The translations under genes were made by a program, and so were the position numbers. Below are positions 13,901-28,700 of a stretch of DNA of 64,000 nt, one piece after another (the first letter of the stretch is position 1; every line of letters starts with the position of its first letter). The stretch is from Camelus ferus (taxonomy: Eukaryota). The stretch is from the NCBI RefSeq assembly GCF_009834535.1, contig NC_045697.1, forward strand, positions 63,800,001 through 63,864,000, in the 5' to 3' direction. The notes under the pieces are model-generated. The model made no database searches, was not told where the DNA came from, and saw only the letters and a program-made list of their open reading frames with translations.

Positions 13901-16900
13901 AGTAAAAATACAAAAATGTACACACACCAAATAACTGATAATTTTTTTTAGAAGAGGGAGGGAATTACTGGGAAGGAAAATTAAAAGGAAATTCAGCTTT
14001 ATCAGGTATATTATATTTCTTTATGAAAAATTGTAAAAGCAATGACAAATACAAGTATTTGCTATTCCAACTCATTTTTGTGGGGAGGGACAGTGTTTGC
14101 TATGTTATTTGCTTATCTTGACTGTTAATTTTTTTTGGTAAAATTAGTATGAGGAATATTTCTTTTATCTACCTTGCATGGTGTATATTTATATATATCC
14201 TTGTAAAATTTTCTTTTGCTCAAGTACTCTAAAAACACTCCATATGTTCCTAATGCACATGTGTCTGGAAGGAGGTTGTTCCAGTGATCATAACATTACA
14301 GCCAAAGGTAGCCTGTGATGATCTGTGCTCACAAGTCAACATGCACTCTTTCCTTTTTGTTTCTTTATTGTTAATAGTATGTTTTCTTCTTTAGGACTAC
14401 TCTGTTTAAAAAAAAAAAACCATTAGCAATATTCAGTATTTAAACAACATAAAATACTTTTCAAATAAAAATCACATTTCAGTTTCTGGTGGAATACTCT
14501 GAAAAGATTTGACGAAGTTGATTGTTGGTAGCCTAGCAAAATCATGTCAGTTTGAGTTAGATAATGTTTATCTAAGATATTATCCATATTTCAGGCACAA
14601 AAGTCGTATTAGGAGTCAAACTTATATGTGGCTTTTTTTTTTTTTTTTTTTTTGCTAACGTCTTCATGAACGTATTTTTACAAAGCTTATGATACTGTAT
14701 CATTCTGAGATTTTCCAGAATTAAGGATCTGTCATATAACATCCTTTGTTTTGTATCACAGAGAAAAAAATGATCTAGCCAAGAGCATGATAACATGGAG
14801 AGAGCCCAGGCTGGGGTTATGAAAACATATGTTCTTTTCTCAGGTCTTCCCCTAGAAACATGAGAAGGCATTTTTGTTACATCTTGCAATTTGCAAAAAT
14901 CACAAAACTACTCTAGTTAGCTCATAGCAGGATTTATAGTAAAGATCCAATAGTATGTCTCAGGGACTATTAGGGACAGAAAACAAGGAACAGTTTATGG
15001 AACCAGGACCTCGAATTGGAAACTTAAAAAAATAGAAGGCTAGGTATTTTACTCTTTCCATAGATTTCTCTCTTTTGGCCTCTACTTCTCCCTATGTCTG
15101 ATCCATTGTTCTCTGTGAGGACCATCTTACTTGTTCAAATCATGAATCTTTTTGCTAACACATGGCTTTGGTATCCATGCTACTCACTATAGCCTTGACC
15201 AGATACGTTTTATCCATTCAAGAATAACCGAGGTTACTGGGATGTTTAGGTGGCTTCTGTCCTCACCATGAATCAACTTAAAAGACAATCTATCTCTAAA
15301 ATCTATGACATGCAATATAGATAACCATGGAAAGGGTCATACTCCACTCTACACAGCAAAACTTAGTCAAAATTTCCTAGTAGGTACTATAGTTGCATCT
15401 CCACATTCTCAACTGTCTAATACTGGGATTCTTTTTTCCCACTTCTTTTACTCAGACAGCTTCAGATATTCTCTCTATTGTTCTGATCTCAGTATGGCAC
15501 AAATCTTCTATTTCCTTCATACCTGCATATCACACATACCCATATAATAAAATTGTTATTGACCATGTACTGTTCTTCAAGCATGTCAGCATATCACCCA
15601 AGTGTGGGGGCTAAAAGGCTGATGTTGGTTTGCTATGACAGTTATATTCACAGAAAATATTTGTCTATGGAGTCACTTAATTCAAACTATTGAAGAGGTA
15701 GTACTTCTGGATGAATTTAGGCCATGGATGAATCCTCTTACTAAAACAAGTGCTTACTCTTGGGTCAATCAGTATATGTAGGAGAAATTGAGTATGTCAG
15801 AAAATTAACTGATATAGTTAATATATGTATTTAGGTAGGTAAAGTAACATCTCCAAGGGATTAAGCTACCTCTGTGATAACTTAGAATCCTAAAATTCTG
15901 TGTGATAAAAAATATATAAAGATATGCAAAGACTTGTTATTTTACATTGCATCTTATATAATCTGTCGAGTTGATGTCAACTTGTTAGTGATTACTTTAA
16001 CAAAAGTACTTATTTCTATTTTTAAATATTTTCCCGTTATAATACAATTGATTTCTTCCAACATCTCAGTAATCACAACATAAGTCATTTCATTGTTATT
16101 ATGTATAAGAAATAATCTTCTGGTACTTTAGTATAAATATAAAATTTCTTGAAATAGATGTTCATGAGTTTCTTTGTTGAAAACAGTCTAAGTATTGAAG
16201 TGCAAGTCCTTTGAGCAACTCAGAATTTCTTCTGTCTCCATTCCCAGGGTGTATTGATCAAACCACACATATTTATTGAACACATTTATATTATTAAGAG
16301 CTCCAAATAAAAGGTTATGTGCGTTTGCTCAATACAGTTCATACCCATGTATTATCAATGAAATAAAATATCCCTAGGCTTTAATTGGAAAATAAATCTC
16401 AAAAATATATTTATCACATAATAAAGTTAAGATAATTTTATTTTTTTTCTTACTATAATGTTCTATCAGGTCAAATACATGTAGTTTAAAATGATCTCTA
16501 AAGTAATTACTGCCTTTTTATGAAGTATTTCAGTCATAAATTTAAAATTAAGGTTAAAAGATGATCATGTTCTCCACTGAGCATTGCAGATATCGAGATG
16601 ACCTAGGCATCTGTCTTCCAGTCCTTGAATTCATTGTACCTGTACTATCATGCTAGAAACTGACCATTAATAAACATCTTAACTATATAGTGTGGTATGT
16701 GCTCAGAGAAACACGAAGTACTACAGATCATAATTTATAAGAATAAATTTAGAATAAAACAAATTGTGCAATGAGGGAATTATTATAGCTTACTATAACT
16801 AAATACTCTGGATCCTTTAAATATGATATCTTGCAATGTGTGTACTGTGAAAAAAATGCACACAATAAAGTTGTTATGAAGAAAATACATTAATTCCATA

Positions 16901-17589
16901 TTATTTCAGATGCACACACTGAGGTAAAAAGGGTGAGAGAGAAGATATAGAGGAGGGAAAGCTTAACTGCTATTGTGACCTGGTTTAGACCTTGTGAGTG
17001 GAGAAGAAAAGGCAGCAGAAAGTTGATCCTTTCAAGAATACAATATTTATTGAGTATAAAAAATTAATGCTAAGCTACTTTTTATAACTAAAATATGCTT
17101 TCTGAACAATTTTCATATTTGGAAAGAAGCTCGAAATGCAGCTACTTCAGAAGTTGGTCAAAGTTTTGTTCTATTTTGTTTCAAAGTTAGTGCTTTGACT
17201 CTGCTGTTACTGAAAATAATGTTTACACCTAATGTAAAAAAAAAAAAGCAAACAAAAGCCTTATCCTGGCTTGCAAAACAAATTAGCTGAAACGTTGTGA
17301 ATTAACATTGCTTCAAATTCATTTACATCAATCTGCGTTTATCTGCCATGCTACTTACATACATTGAATGCAATGGCAATCTTTTACAAAAGCATGCAAG
17401 TCCAACAAGAAGAGACAAAATAAAATAGAGGTACCCTCTAGGAGGCAAAGAGATGAGGTCTATGTTTTAATATTCATTCTTAAATAAATCTGTGGCTAAA
17501 TAGCAAAAACCAAAGGTTTTTCTACGTTCATAAAGCTATCCAATAGAACTCTGGGTGATAGTTGAGATATTTTGTATCTGCACTACCCA

Positions 17590-17690
17590 TCAGTAGCCAC
17601 GAATTGTATATGACTAGTGAACATTTGAAATGTGGCTGCTGTGACAAACTGAATTTTATTTAACTTTATTTAAATTTAATAGTAAGTTAT
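17590..17690. mobile_element. MER3/MER33-like hAT fragment
   Basis: gtagccac...acatttgaaatgtggct...aactgaattttattt. Confidence 0.55.
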
Positions 17691-19499
17691 GTAATTTTAT
17701 CTATGTAGATAACCAATTCATACTACATGGGCCAAAAATATCAATACTTAGGAGATCTGAAGTGTCAGGTGTAAGTCTTGAAATTAATAGCATCATAGTA
17801 TCTTCCCTTTTAAATGTGCTCATCGATACTAAAATAATGTGGGCGTTAAATATAAAATTGTTTTCCAAACTTTTATCCCCTCTTCTCATTATAACTTTTT
17901 TTGGCAATAAATTAATTCCTTCAGACTTTAAGAAGAGCCTAGAAGGAGAAAGCAAATTTAACAATAGATGTTAAATTATATGATGTTGACTCATGGGGAT
18001 TAAGAATGAATAATACATGTAGTAGGTAAATATTAGAGGAGATGGTATCAAATGCCTACAGAGTTATCCACTGAGTTACTATTTAGGTAAAAAATAAATA
18101 AATAAATTTTATGGGAAATTTGAATTTTTAAAGCACAGTTTCTTAATTTTATTTGTAAAAATAACACTTTTTAGAAGTTTGTATCATGGTGAGATAGAAT
18201 CCTCTAAATAAAATTATATTGTGATAGAATTTTACCTTAAAGAGATGAATATATTTTTGATCCAAGACTATATGTTAAAATTCATGTGTAATGGTGATGG
18301 TTACATAATTTTCTTTCCTTTAGAAATAAAAAAGAAAGGTAAAATATTCCTGGATGTTGAAGGGTAAATGAAATAATTTGAGAAGCATTTTCTGACAGAC
18401 AATTTTTAACTAAATACTAGCACAAGAACCCACAATAGAAGACAGATCTGTGCACTATTTCTCTCTGCCATTGATGTGAGTGTTTTGTGGCTGTAACCTC
18501 ATGTGGATTAGTTCTGAATCTCTTGTGTATTTATATGCAGGCAGGCTTTATAGTCAGAATTTGGTTTAAATCCTAATCTTGATTCTTTTAATCTGTGTGG
18601 CACTGGGTAAATTGTAATACATTGTATACTCAGGGAAAACTTTAAAATGAAATTGAAAGGAGCCTGGAATATAGGTCATTCTTTTGGTAGAATGTAAGTA
18701 TCTAAACTTCTGAGCTCAGATATTGATTCTGTAAGCACAGAACATAAGGGAGATACTGGCCTGGATTAGGGAAGTGGAAATAATTTGTAAACTGACAAAC
18801 AAAAAATAGGAACAGAACAAAATCCCTAAAATGAATAAATAAAGGGAGAAAAGGAGTAAATAAAAGAAGACAATGCGAGACACATTAAAGAGTGATTTTA
18901 AAAACCAAGATTAAAGAAAGATGTAAGGCAGGAAATGATGGTGACTCAGATGTCACAAAACATATGGAGGGTGAGTCTGTTAATTTGGAAAAATGTATAC
19001 ATATATGCATTTATTAAGTTTGAATTTCTGACAGTTGTTTGTATGACACAGCTATGGTAAATCCTTGGAATTTGCAAGAGAGAAAAAAGTAAGTTTTGAA
19101 AATCTGAAACTAAAGTAAAGGAGAATTTTGTGTCAGTAATTTAAAAGATTGTATTCTTAAACACAAATAGATCACAGTGCTACATGGCTTACTATTGTGT
19201 GTTTGTGTGGAGAGAGGGTGTTGTGTGTGATGTGAATGAACAGATCTAAGTACATCTGAGCTGGACTATGGAGTGAGTGCACCTTGATGGGATCCTCAAT
19301 GAGAAATAATTTTGTTGTGGGATTTAAGGACATGAATGCACTTTGAAGCATGCAAAGGGGACTTCACCACTTACTGTCTGTAACTTTGAACCAAGTTGAA
19401 TATATTTTTTTTTTCCTATTTTTCTTGGTGTGAGATTTTTGGATAAATCTAAGTACATTTGAATTCCATTTTGGAGCTTGCTGTTTAAATACAACAAAT

Positions 19500-19720
19500 C
19501 ATGTAACCCAGTGGTTTAGAACATTATGTGCTCTAGATCAAGATTATCTGAGTTTGGATATCACTTCAGTAGACACTGGCTATGTGACATTGAGCAGATG
19601 TATCCCAGTGACAGTTGCAACATCTATAAAATAGCCGTAATAATCATAATATAGTTAACACATGAATTTGAGGATTAAATGAAATGATTCACATAAAACT
19701 TCTAACAAAATGCCTGACAT
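19500..19720 (+). mobile_element. MIR SINE
   Basis: ggctatgtgacattgagcag...catctataaaat...gaggattaaatga. Confidence 0.65.
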
Positions 19721-20117
19721 TACCTGCATACTCCAAAGTTACTACCTATAACTTCATAAATTATGACATAAGTTATATTGTTACCCATTACTTTACGTAA
19801 GGAACCTTTATGTAAGGAACCTCAACATATCAATTAATTGTTTTCTACAATTTATTTTTAGTTATCTAAAATATATAATGCATAAGTGCTAGATTTACTA
19901 AGACTACAAAAAATTCTTTTACATTAAAGGAGTTGAAAATAGCTACATCTTAAAACAACAGAAAACATTTAATAAGATATCAAGAAAATCAGCAAGTAAA
20001 GGAATTGGTAAGCAGAAAATAGAGTAAAAAATGTCAGCGGTTTCTCATAACTGGAGGCTACTTTTTAACTCAGAGAAGAACTTGAGAGCTTTTATTTTTA
20101 AGTTTGCTTCTTCTATT

Positions 20118-20545
20118 GACAAAACAAAAGGACAACCTACTGAATGGGAGAAAATATTTGCAAATGATGTGACCTATAGGATTAATAGCCATCATATATA
20201 AACAACTCTTACAGCTCAACATCAAAAAATTTTACTGGTTAAAAAATGGGCAGAAGAGCTGAATAGATGTTTTTTCCGAAGAAGACACGCAGAAGGCCAA
20301 AAGGCACATGAAAAGATGCTCATTGTCACTAATCATCAGGAAATGCAAATTAAAACCACTATGAGATATCACCTCACACCTATCAGATTGGTTATCAGAA
20401 AGAGCACAAGTAACAAATGTTGACGATGACGTGGAGAAAAGGGAACCCCTGTACACTGCTGGTGGGAATGTAAATTGGTGCAGCCACTGTCAAAAAACTA
20501 AAAATAGAACTACCATATGACCCAGCAGTTCCACTCCTGGGTATC

Positions 20546-20584
<39 letters not shown>

Positions 20585-21090
20585 CCCAAAACACTGATTC
20601 AAAAAGATACTTGCACCCTACAGTTCATAGAAGCAGTATTTACAGTTGTCAAGATATGGAAGAAACCTAAGTGTCCATCAATAAATGAATGTATAAAGAA
20701 GATGTATATATACAGTGAAATACTATTCAGCCATAAATAGAACAAAATTTTGCCATTTGCAGCAAACTGTATGGACTTGGAGGGCATTTTCTAAGTGAAA
20801 TAAGTCAGAGAAAGACAAATACTGTATGATATCAATTTATTTGGAATCTAAAAAATACAACAAACTAGTGAATATAAGAAAAAAGAAGTAGAATCACGGA
20901 TAGAGAGACCAAACTAGTGGTTACCAGTGAGAAGAGGGAGGGGCAATACAGGGGTTGGGGAGTGGGAGGTACAAACTATTGGGTATAAGAGGCTTCAAGG
21001 ATGTATTGAACAACATGGGGAATATAGCCAATATTTTACAATAATTATAAATGGGAAATAACCTTTAAAATTGTATACAAAATTTAAAAA
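20118..21090 (+). mobile_element. 5'-truncated L1 (ORF2 3' end + 3' UTR) with degenerate TSD
   Basis: gaatgggagaaaatatttgcaaat, atgagatatcacctcacacc, gaactaccatatgacccagc; TSD AAGTTTG(C/T)TTCTT at 20100-20112 and 21089-21101. Confidence 0.93.
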
Positions 21091-22016
21091 GTTTGTTTCT
21101 TGATTTTAATAATACTCTGTTGTGCATGTGTATGAAGACAAAACTTCTGTTTTGCAACAGAAAGGCCTTTCATAAAATACCTAGTTAAATTATATTCTCA
21201 AAATGGTGTCTATGAATTTTATTCTTTGTTTCTTTAAAAGATACCATATACTTAGTCAATTTTGAGGAAAAAAAGTCAATGACTCCAATTCTCTAACTCA
21301 GATGGTTAAGAATTATACATTTTGTAATGGGATCACTGTGAATAAGACAGGTGTGTATAAAAGTTCAGAAGAAATAAAAAGAGAATATATAGATTCATCA
21401 CTTGGTTTTTATTTTTAAGGTATCAGTTTCAGCCAGTCAACATATTTTTCTGGGTAGGCAGTCCTGTGAATTTTTTAACCAGGCCAGTCCACAAATAGCA
21501 TTTTTACCATGCCAGGTGTCAAGCTTGCCTGCCCAGGGACCTTCCCAGCCCCTTCTCCAGTCATTAAAAGAACCCTAGATTGAACAGTGAAAGAAACAGT
21601 ATATTAAGAAGATTAAAAACTTGTCATAATTTGAATAAATTTATTTTGGAGAATCCTGCTGCTTGATTTCTTAAAGTAAGGTATAATTTTAAATAGAATA
21701 ATTATCCAGTAGGCTTGAAAAGTAACAAGTTTTTGCTAAAAGGATACATTTTTATTTTTTTTTAAAGAGAACATCTGTTTCTTTGGTTTAAAAAAACATA
21801 CTTTCAAGATTGTTTATGAAGGAAACATATGTGCACACACGTTTGTATATATGTATACACACACACACCAAAAATTTAAACATTTTTAACTTCTTACCAA
21901 CTTTAGAGTATACCAACTTTAAAATTTACATAAACATAATATAAGATGATGATACATAACAGCCTAAAAATAAACAAACAAAAATGATTTTGAAAGAAAT
22001 ACACTTGAAAAAAATA

Positions 22017-22266
22017 CAGTTGACCCTTGAACAGTGTCGGGGTTGGGGCACCAATCTCCTGTACAGTGGAAGATCTGTGTATAACTGATAGTTGGTCTGT
22101 ATATGTGGTCCCTCCTTACCCATGGTTTCTCCATATCTGAGGTTCTGCATCCCCAGATTCAACCAATGGTGGATTGTGTTGTACTGTAGTATTTACTGTT
22201 AAAAAAAGAAATCTGTATATAAGTGGACCTGCATAGTTCAAACCTGTGTTGTTCAAAAGTCAACTG
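22017..22266. mobile_element. Tigger2-derived MITE (Tc1/mariner)
   Basis: TIRs cagttgacccttgaaca / tgttcaaaagtcaactg, flanked by TA at 22015-22016 and 22267-22268. Confidence 0.92.
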
Positions 22267-22874
22267 TATTTTAAAAAGTGTATTTCTTTAAAAATTATTT
22301 TTGAGCTCCATTCTATTGGAGCTATATCCCCAAGTATAAATAAAATATTAATACATTAAACAGCAGAAAGAATAAGATCATTTTTATATTTATATTATGA
22401 AAAAAGTATTTTCTTCCCTACTTATATATTTTATTAACTAGCAGCATGACCTAAAGCCTTTCAATTGTTTTATTTCTGACTGTAAGTGGAAAGAAGATGG
22501 ACTCTGTCTCCTTTACCTCGTAGCCAAAAAAACGAAAACAAGAAAAAATGCACACAAATATGTATAAAGCGGAGTCTGTCTGTATCAACGAATGAAACAA
22601 ATGAGGAAGAACTGAGAAATGTCTTGGAGGTCAAATGGGGTTATAAGGAGAGCTTTAAAGCTGGCATCTGGATGCTGATCTCAGCTAAAACTAGCACAAA
22701 ACAATTCTTTAAAGATTGTTAGAAATCTTAAGGAGTAAAGACAGTCCTTTATTTGGAACACTGGGGAGCTGAACAGGATAGCTTTGGGAGCTTTTTATAA
22801 GTGATTTGGCAACAAGAAGCTTAGTAGAATAGACTGATGATAAATCACATGGATCACCATTGGTGTGGCAAACA

Positions 22875-23280
22875 AGTAATGTATATACAAGAATATTTAG
22901 TGCGGTGTTTGTCTGCAATGGTAAAAGTTTGAAAATAATCTCAATGTCCATTGACAGTGGAATGTTTCAATAAATTATGTTAACATCTGTATAGTAGGAT
23001 GTTCTGCATTCTTGGTACAAGCCTAGTGGATCATATGTATTGATATGGAACTATCCTTGAGATAGTTTAAGGGAAAAGTGTGCAGAATAGTATGTATAAT
23101 ATGCTATCATTTTGATAGAAAGCAAATAGATAAAAATACAAATATGCTTGCAATAACTGGTTGCTCTGGTAAGGGAGTCATGTGGCTAGAAAACAGGAAT
23201 AGTAATGAAAACTGTTTGTCATGGTATACATTTTTATAACTTGAATTTTGTATTGTGAATATGTATTAACCTACTCAGAA
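22875..23280 (+). mobile_element. Old L1ME 3' fragment
   Basis: caagaatatttagtgc...aatgtccattgacagtggaatg...aataaattatg...tatgtattgatatggaa. Confidence 0.6.
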
Positions 23281-25544
23281 CTTAAGATAATTTAATAATA
23301 TAAATATATGTTGCTAAAAATAAAATAGTGTATTTCTATGCATATCCCAATATTGGAGTGTTTTTCAAAGCTGACTCTTTTAAGGTTTGCTTTTACAGTG
23401 GACTTTTAATGAAAATGTCAGAAAATTAAGATAGTTTCCTGTTACCTAATATAGAAAAAATTGAAGCTACAGAAGAGTATTTATAGTTTCACCCTGTGTA
23501 AAAATGTATACGTACACATGGATGCATATGCATAAAAATTCCAAGATGGGAACTCAAGAAGTATGAACAGTGACAGTCTCTGGGGAGTAGAACTCTTATT
23601 TACTTGGGCTGGAGGGGATTGGAGAGAGACATTTATTGGTTACTTTATATCCGGTTATGTTTGAATTTTAAAGAGGCATATCTTGCCTTTATGAAGTAAG
23701 AGAGGGAGGAGAGGAAAGGAGGGAAAGAAAGACGGGTAGGGTCACAGAATTATCCTACTCCAAAAAAAGAAGGAAGTGCCTTTCTCTAAGAAATCAGACT
23801 TTTGAAAGTGCCTAGTTTGTACTCACTTATTCATAAAGGTCTCTCCGGGTCTTTGTTAAAGAAAACAACATCACTGTATTTTATTAAGTACGTATGTTAG
23901 AGATAACATCTTTGGAAAGTGAAATGAAAGACATAAGGAAATAATAGTTTTCAGATAAGTACCCTCACCAAAGGATATCTTGTTGGAGTTCAAGGAGAGT
24001 CACTGAACAAGGGTTTTATTTATATTAGTGAATGGAATGCACTTCTCAAGTCTCTCAAGCACAAAATCTAATGCCTAATTTAAAGGATAAGTTTGTGTAA
24101 AATGCTGATTAGGCCATTATCAGAATATACCATTAAAATGCTATTAAGGTTTTTCTCTTTGATAACTTTCCCTTTTACTGATTGGAAGCATGGAATAATA
24201 CTGTCCTATAGAAAGATTTCTAATTTGAACCCCAGCTTTTTACTCAAGTACTGAAATCAAAGTCCAGCCTGTAAGCTAAACCAAAAAGAAATCCTAAATA
24301 TATCTTTCAGTCTCAACAGATGATCTGTTTAGCCTATAAATTCAATTTAGTGACCAGCATGCATCATTTAAAGTATATTTTAAGTTTTTCTTTATCTTCT
24401 CCTATAGGTGTAGCATTTGATTTCATAAATGAATAAAAAATATGTATCTTCAAGAACAATTTATGACTTAGTGAAACTATTACTAATAAATTCAGAATAA
24501 GTGATATCAATAACTACATTTGGAGGTTTTTATTTTGTTCTGTCAGGCATTCAATGAACATTTCTAGAAATACAAATATATTATTTTCTCATTTTACAGT
24601 CCTAAAAAATATTTTCCAAAAGTAGACATAAGTACAAACATTGAAGGCATTAAATAAGAAGGCAATCACAGAATAAAAATTCAAAAGTAAATGGGAAATA
24701 CCTTTAATTTTCAATTATGTAAAATCTGCTTGTCAGAAGTGCCTTGAGAGTTTCAGCTTAATATCCATTTTCCAGTCAGATCTCTTTGTTCACTCCACTC
24801 CTGTCCTTCTTCCTCCATTAGCTTTGATAAACAAGAATTATAAACCTTTAAAATTCAATCTCACCATTCAACATTTACTCTGATTCTAATTTAATTCTTT
24901 GAAGATACTCATCAGTTTGCTTTTTTTTTTCTTATTCTGCTGTTGCTCTAATAGATGTTTCAATTAAAACTAAATCCTGGAGTCTGAGCAGATAGCTCAA
25001 TTAGAAGTTGACTAACAAAAATCAACACTTTTCACCCCACAGTGGATATTGTAGAATGACCGAGAAGCCAGAAATAGTTATGTTTTACAGGATGTAGGAA
25101 AGTGGGCTGGATTTTATCGAATTGATAAGTATAGACTAAATTTGAATACTATATAGTGATTTGTAAAATATGAGGCTATGCAGTTATGCAGGCATAACTT
25201 GTACTTTTTGCCATTTGTAAATCCAGATGGAATTTTGAGAGTTTACAAGAAGAAAATTAAAATGTTTATTTTAGTGATATATTTTGAGTACATCTAATCT
25301 CTCTTTTAGCATTCTTTCCTTCAAATATGTGAAAACTATTTTTCCCCCTGATGTTGTCTCATTTAAAATCTGGATGTTTCCACTCCCTCCCATACTCAAT
25401 TGGCATCATTTCTAGACTGTTCACCATTCATTTTCAGAAATTTTCATGTCATTAATGCTTCTGTTAAATTATGGCATATGGAATTCAACAATCATCTGTG
25501 GTATGATTAGTCCACAATTTCATGACATTAGTCTATCCCTTTGT

Positions 25545-25750
25545 GAGGCAAAACAGTCTAGCAGGTAAGGGTACAGACTCTGGAGTCACAGTGACAAGCT
25601 TGGAATCACGGTTCCATTGTCTTCTAGTTGTGTTTTCTTCATGCACAAAATGGAAAAAACATAGTACCCTCCACACAGGGTGACAGAAAGATTGAGTGGA
25701 CATAAACACTTAGAATAGTATCTAGTATATAATTAGCACTATATAAGCCC
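25545..25750 (+). mobile_element. MIR SINE
   Basis: agactctggagtcac...agcttggaatc...cacttagaatagtatctagtatata. Confidence 0.6.
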
Positions 25751-28700
25751 TTATTTTTATCTTTTGTCCTAGGTATTTTACCCCTAAAATCCAGGCTAAA
25801 AAATTAGTTGTTTACCTCCTACTGGAAGGGAGATATATATACAAGTTTATACTGACTCATGATATATCTGTAATAAAAAAGCTAAAATTCTCAGCGTATT
25901 TTATGTGAATTACTAGTAAACCAGGACTCCTTTTCCTCAAATGTATCCAAGAGTTTTTGAAAATACATTGAAATTGTGTATAATTCTTGATGTACTAAGA
26001 AGGAATGGAAAACTCCTGATCTGTGTTCAGTTAGAGTCTTAGTGGTGTTTTTGCTCCAGCCTTAGTTTCATTAACTCCACATTCTTTAAAATAGCAAACA
26101 GATTATGTTTTATTTGATTTGCTTCTTATTTGTCTACCATCATTCTAGCTTTGTGATAGATTGTATTTATATTGGGACAGAAATCAACATATCTTTTTAT
26201 AGTTTAAAATAAAGTTTCATGTCCTGTATTTTTCCAAAGTAGGGCAACCTCATTTTTGCTGAATAGGTGTGGAAACTGTACTGACGTTATTAGGGAGTAA
26301 TCAGGTCAAATAGTAGAAGGCATTCTTTTGAATTCCACTTAAGTGTTTGTTCAATTGTGATTTAGTAATATATGACTATGGGAAATAAATGTAACTGTTT
26401 TTCAATATCATAAATATTGGCAGAGAGATTGTTTCAGGTGCTGCTGGATCAAAATATAATTGTGTTTTATGGTGGGTGAATCATAATTATTATTCATAGG
26501 ATAATCACCTCTGTTGTCATGACAATAATTGTCTTTAAGTGAGTTAGGCACATTTTGAATGTCATACCCAACCAAGGATCAAAATTATTAAAGTAGGCTG
26601 AATATTTTCTCTAAATGATACGTACAGGTGATGAGAATTGATGCTGGTACTCTTAAGGTAACACGTAATCTTTCATGAATATCCATATGTAGAATTAGCA
26701 CATTTCACCTGATTGCCATTTTGCCTAAGTGTCTTACTGTCATCAATCCCAGCTTCATCCTACATACGTTAGCCTAGCAACTTTGTGGGTAAATGTTAGC
26801 TGATGTCTCTCCCTATAATTTCCTTCTTTCTGTCTTTTACCATTATCACTTTTTTTTTTTTTTACTATTATCTTTTCTCTTTTATTTTATGATTCCCTGT
26901 TTAGTCAATTCTACCTCAGGAAACTTGCAAAGGTAAAATCTGCTCAAGAGACAAACTTTTCCTTTGTCAAAATCTTGAGTAAGACCAGGGCTTAAACATA
27001 TGGATTGTTCCCAGTGAGGAAGCTATAGTGATATAATTATCTAAACTGGAATTGTCAGTCTCTGGCATTCAGTACTAGACTTATTTTAAACATCATGGTG
27101 TGCATAAAAATCACTTTGAGAGTAGGTTGCAAGGCAGACACAATGGATCCTAACCTGTGTGACTTTCGTCCCACCAATTAGTGAGAATTTGTCAATCTTC
27201 ATTTCAGACAAAATCTCTAATTCATTGTTATATAGGTAGCTCTGGACCTTTCTAAAGAAAAGTGATGTAAGAAAACCAAGCTCTGAGTTAGCTCTGGCTT
27301 GATGATCTGAATGTTACACAGAATGACAACTAAGAAAGTGTGGAGACCAACTATGTTAGAGCAAGGCCTTTACACTTCTTTAAACTCTTGGTTCTTTATC
27401 GAGTAGGATTATTCAGCAGTTGATTCATAAAGTTAAAACACTGAGGTAATTGTAGTTGTGGACATTGCTCTACGTATTTCACAGAATCTTAGTCTGTTTG
27501 TGCATAGAATGTACTGAGCTCTTTCTAATCTAAGGCAGTTGGAGTGATACAACTTTTCAGCCTTAGTATTACAAAAACATTTCCCCCTTCATAATAGGCT
27601 TGTTACACAATAGAAAAATGAATCTTCTGAGAGCATATTCCAACTGATGAGTTTAGAGAAATCTCAAACATTTTCATTAGCTGAATGTCTTAGTGCATTT
27701 CCTGGAAAGAAGCCTGGATGCCCCTTCAGCCATATAAGTGATGTACTTTCCCCAAATAGTTGGGCAATATAGACCATATAAGAATGTGCCTTTTAGGAGG
27801 GTGACATAAATCACCATTGATGGTGAACAAATGAGTCTCAACATTTGTAGTTTAGCCTGCAATCATGTTCTTACCAAAAGATAAAAGGATATAGTGCTTT
27901 CATGGAATTCTTTGTTACAGCATAAAATGAATCAGTCTGAAGATGCTTTCATCTGAGAATGAGAATTAGGAAATGGCTCATAAGCTGAAGATAAGAGGAC
28001 CTTAGTCAAGAAGGTACTGGGACTCTATTTATCTGGGGCTAAAAGCAAGGCAGTTACTAACATGTCATAACAAAACAAGGGCGTAAAAGTGAATTAAAAT
28101 CTAGAATCTCAAAAGTCAGATAGTCTTTTGTAAAGCCAGCAATTATAATACAGAAGTGAACCTAGTGACATCTAGTTTATGCAAAAATTATTTATATTTC
28201 TTGCCAACTTTAAAGACTGGGGGCCCTACTATGTATGAAAGGAAATAAAAACAGGTTTTTATAGAATAAAAGAATAGTGATGATATTTTTATCCTTAGTA
28301 GGGTTGGGGTAAGAGAGAATATAGAAGTTCTTCTCTAATGTTTGAGGACATTGAGTAGATCTGGATATTGAGTCAAGCTAAAACAGGTGCACTTAGTGAA
28401 AGATTAAATTATAAGAGAAAGCAAAGCCTTACTTGGGGAAATTGCCTTAATAGAATTTCATTGTCCCTGTTCAGATCTTCCAATTTGTAAGCATTTTCAG
28501 AGAATTTTTTGGTGATTGATTACTGATAACAAAACTTACAGGAAATCTAAACCAGAGCAATAGCTTATTGGCTTATAAAAAATACTGTTGCTAGGATGAA
28601 GAGGCTCTGTAGCAAATTCTGTTCTGTAGAAAAGTCTAAAAGTGTATTAGGTGATAACTGAGTCACAATAAGAAGTAACTGGGTAAATTGGGTGAACTTA

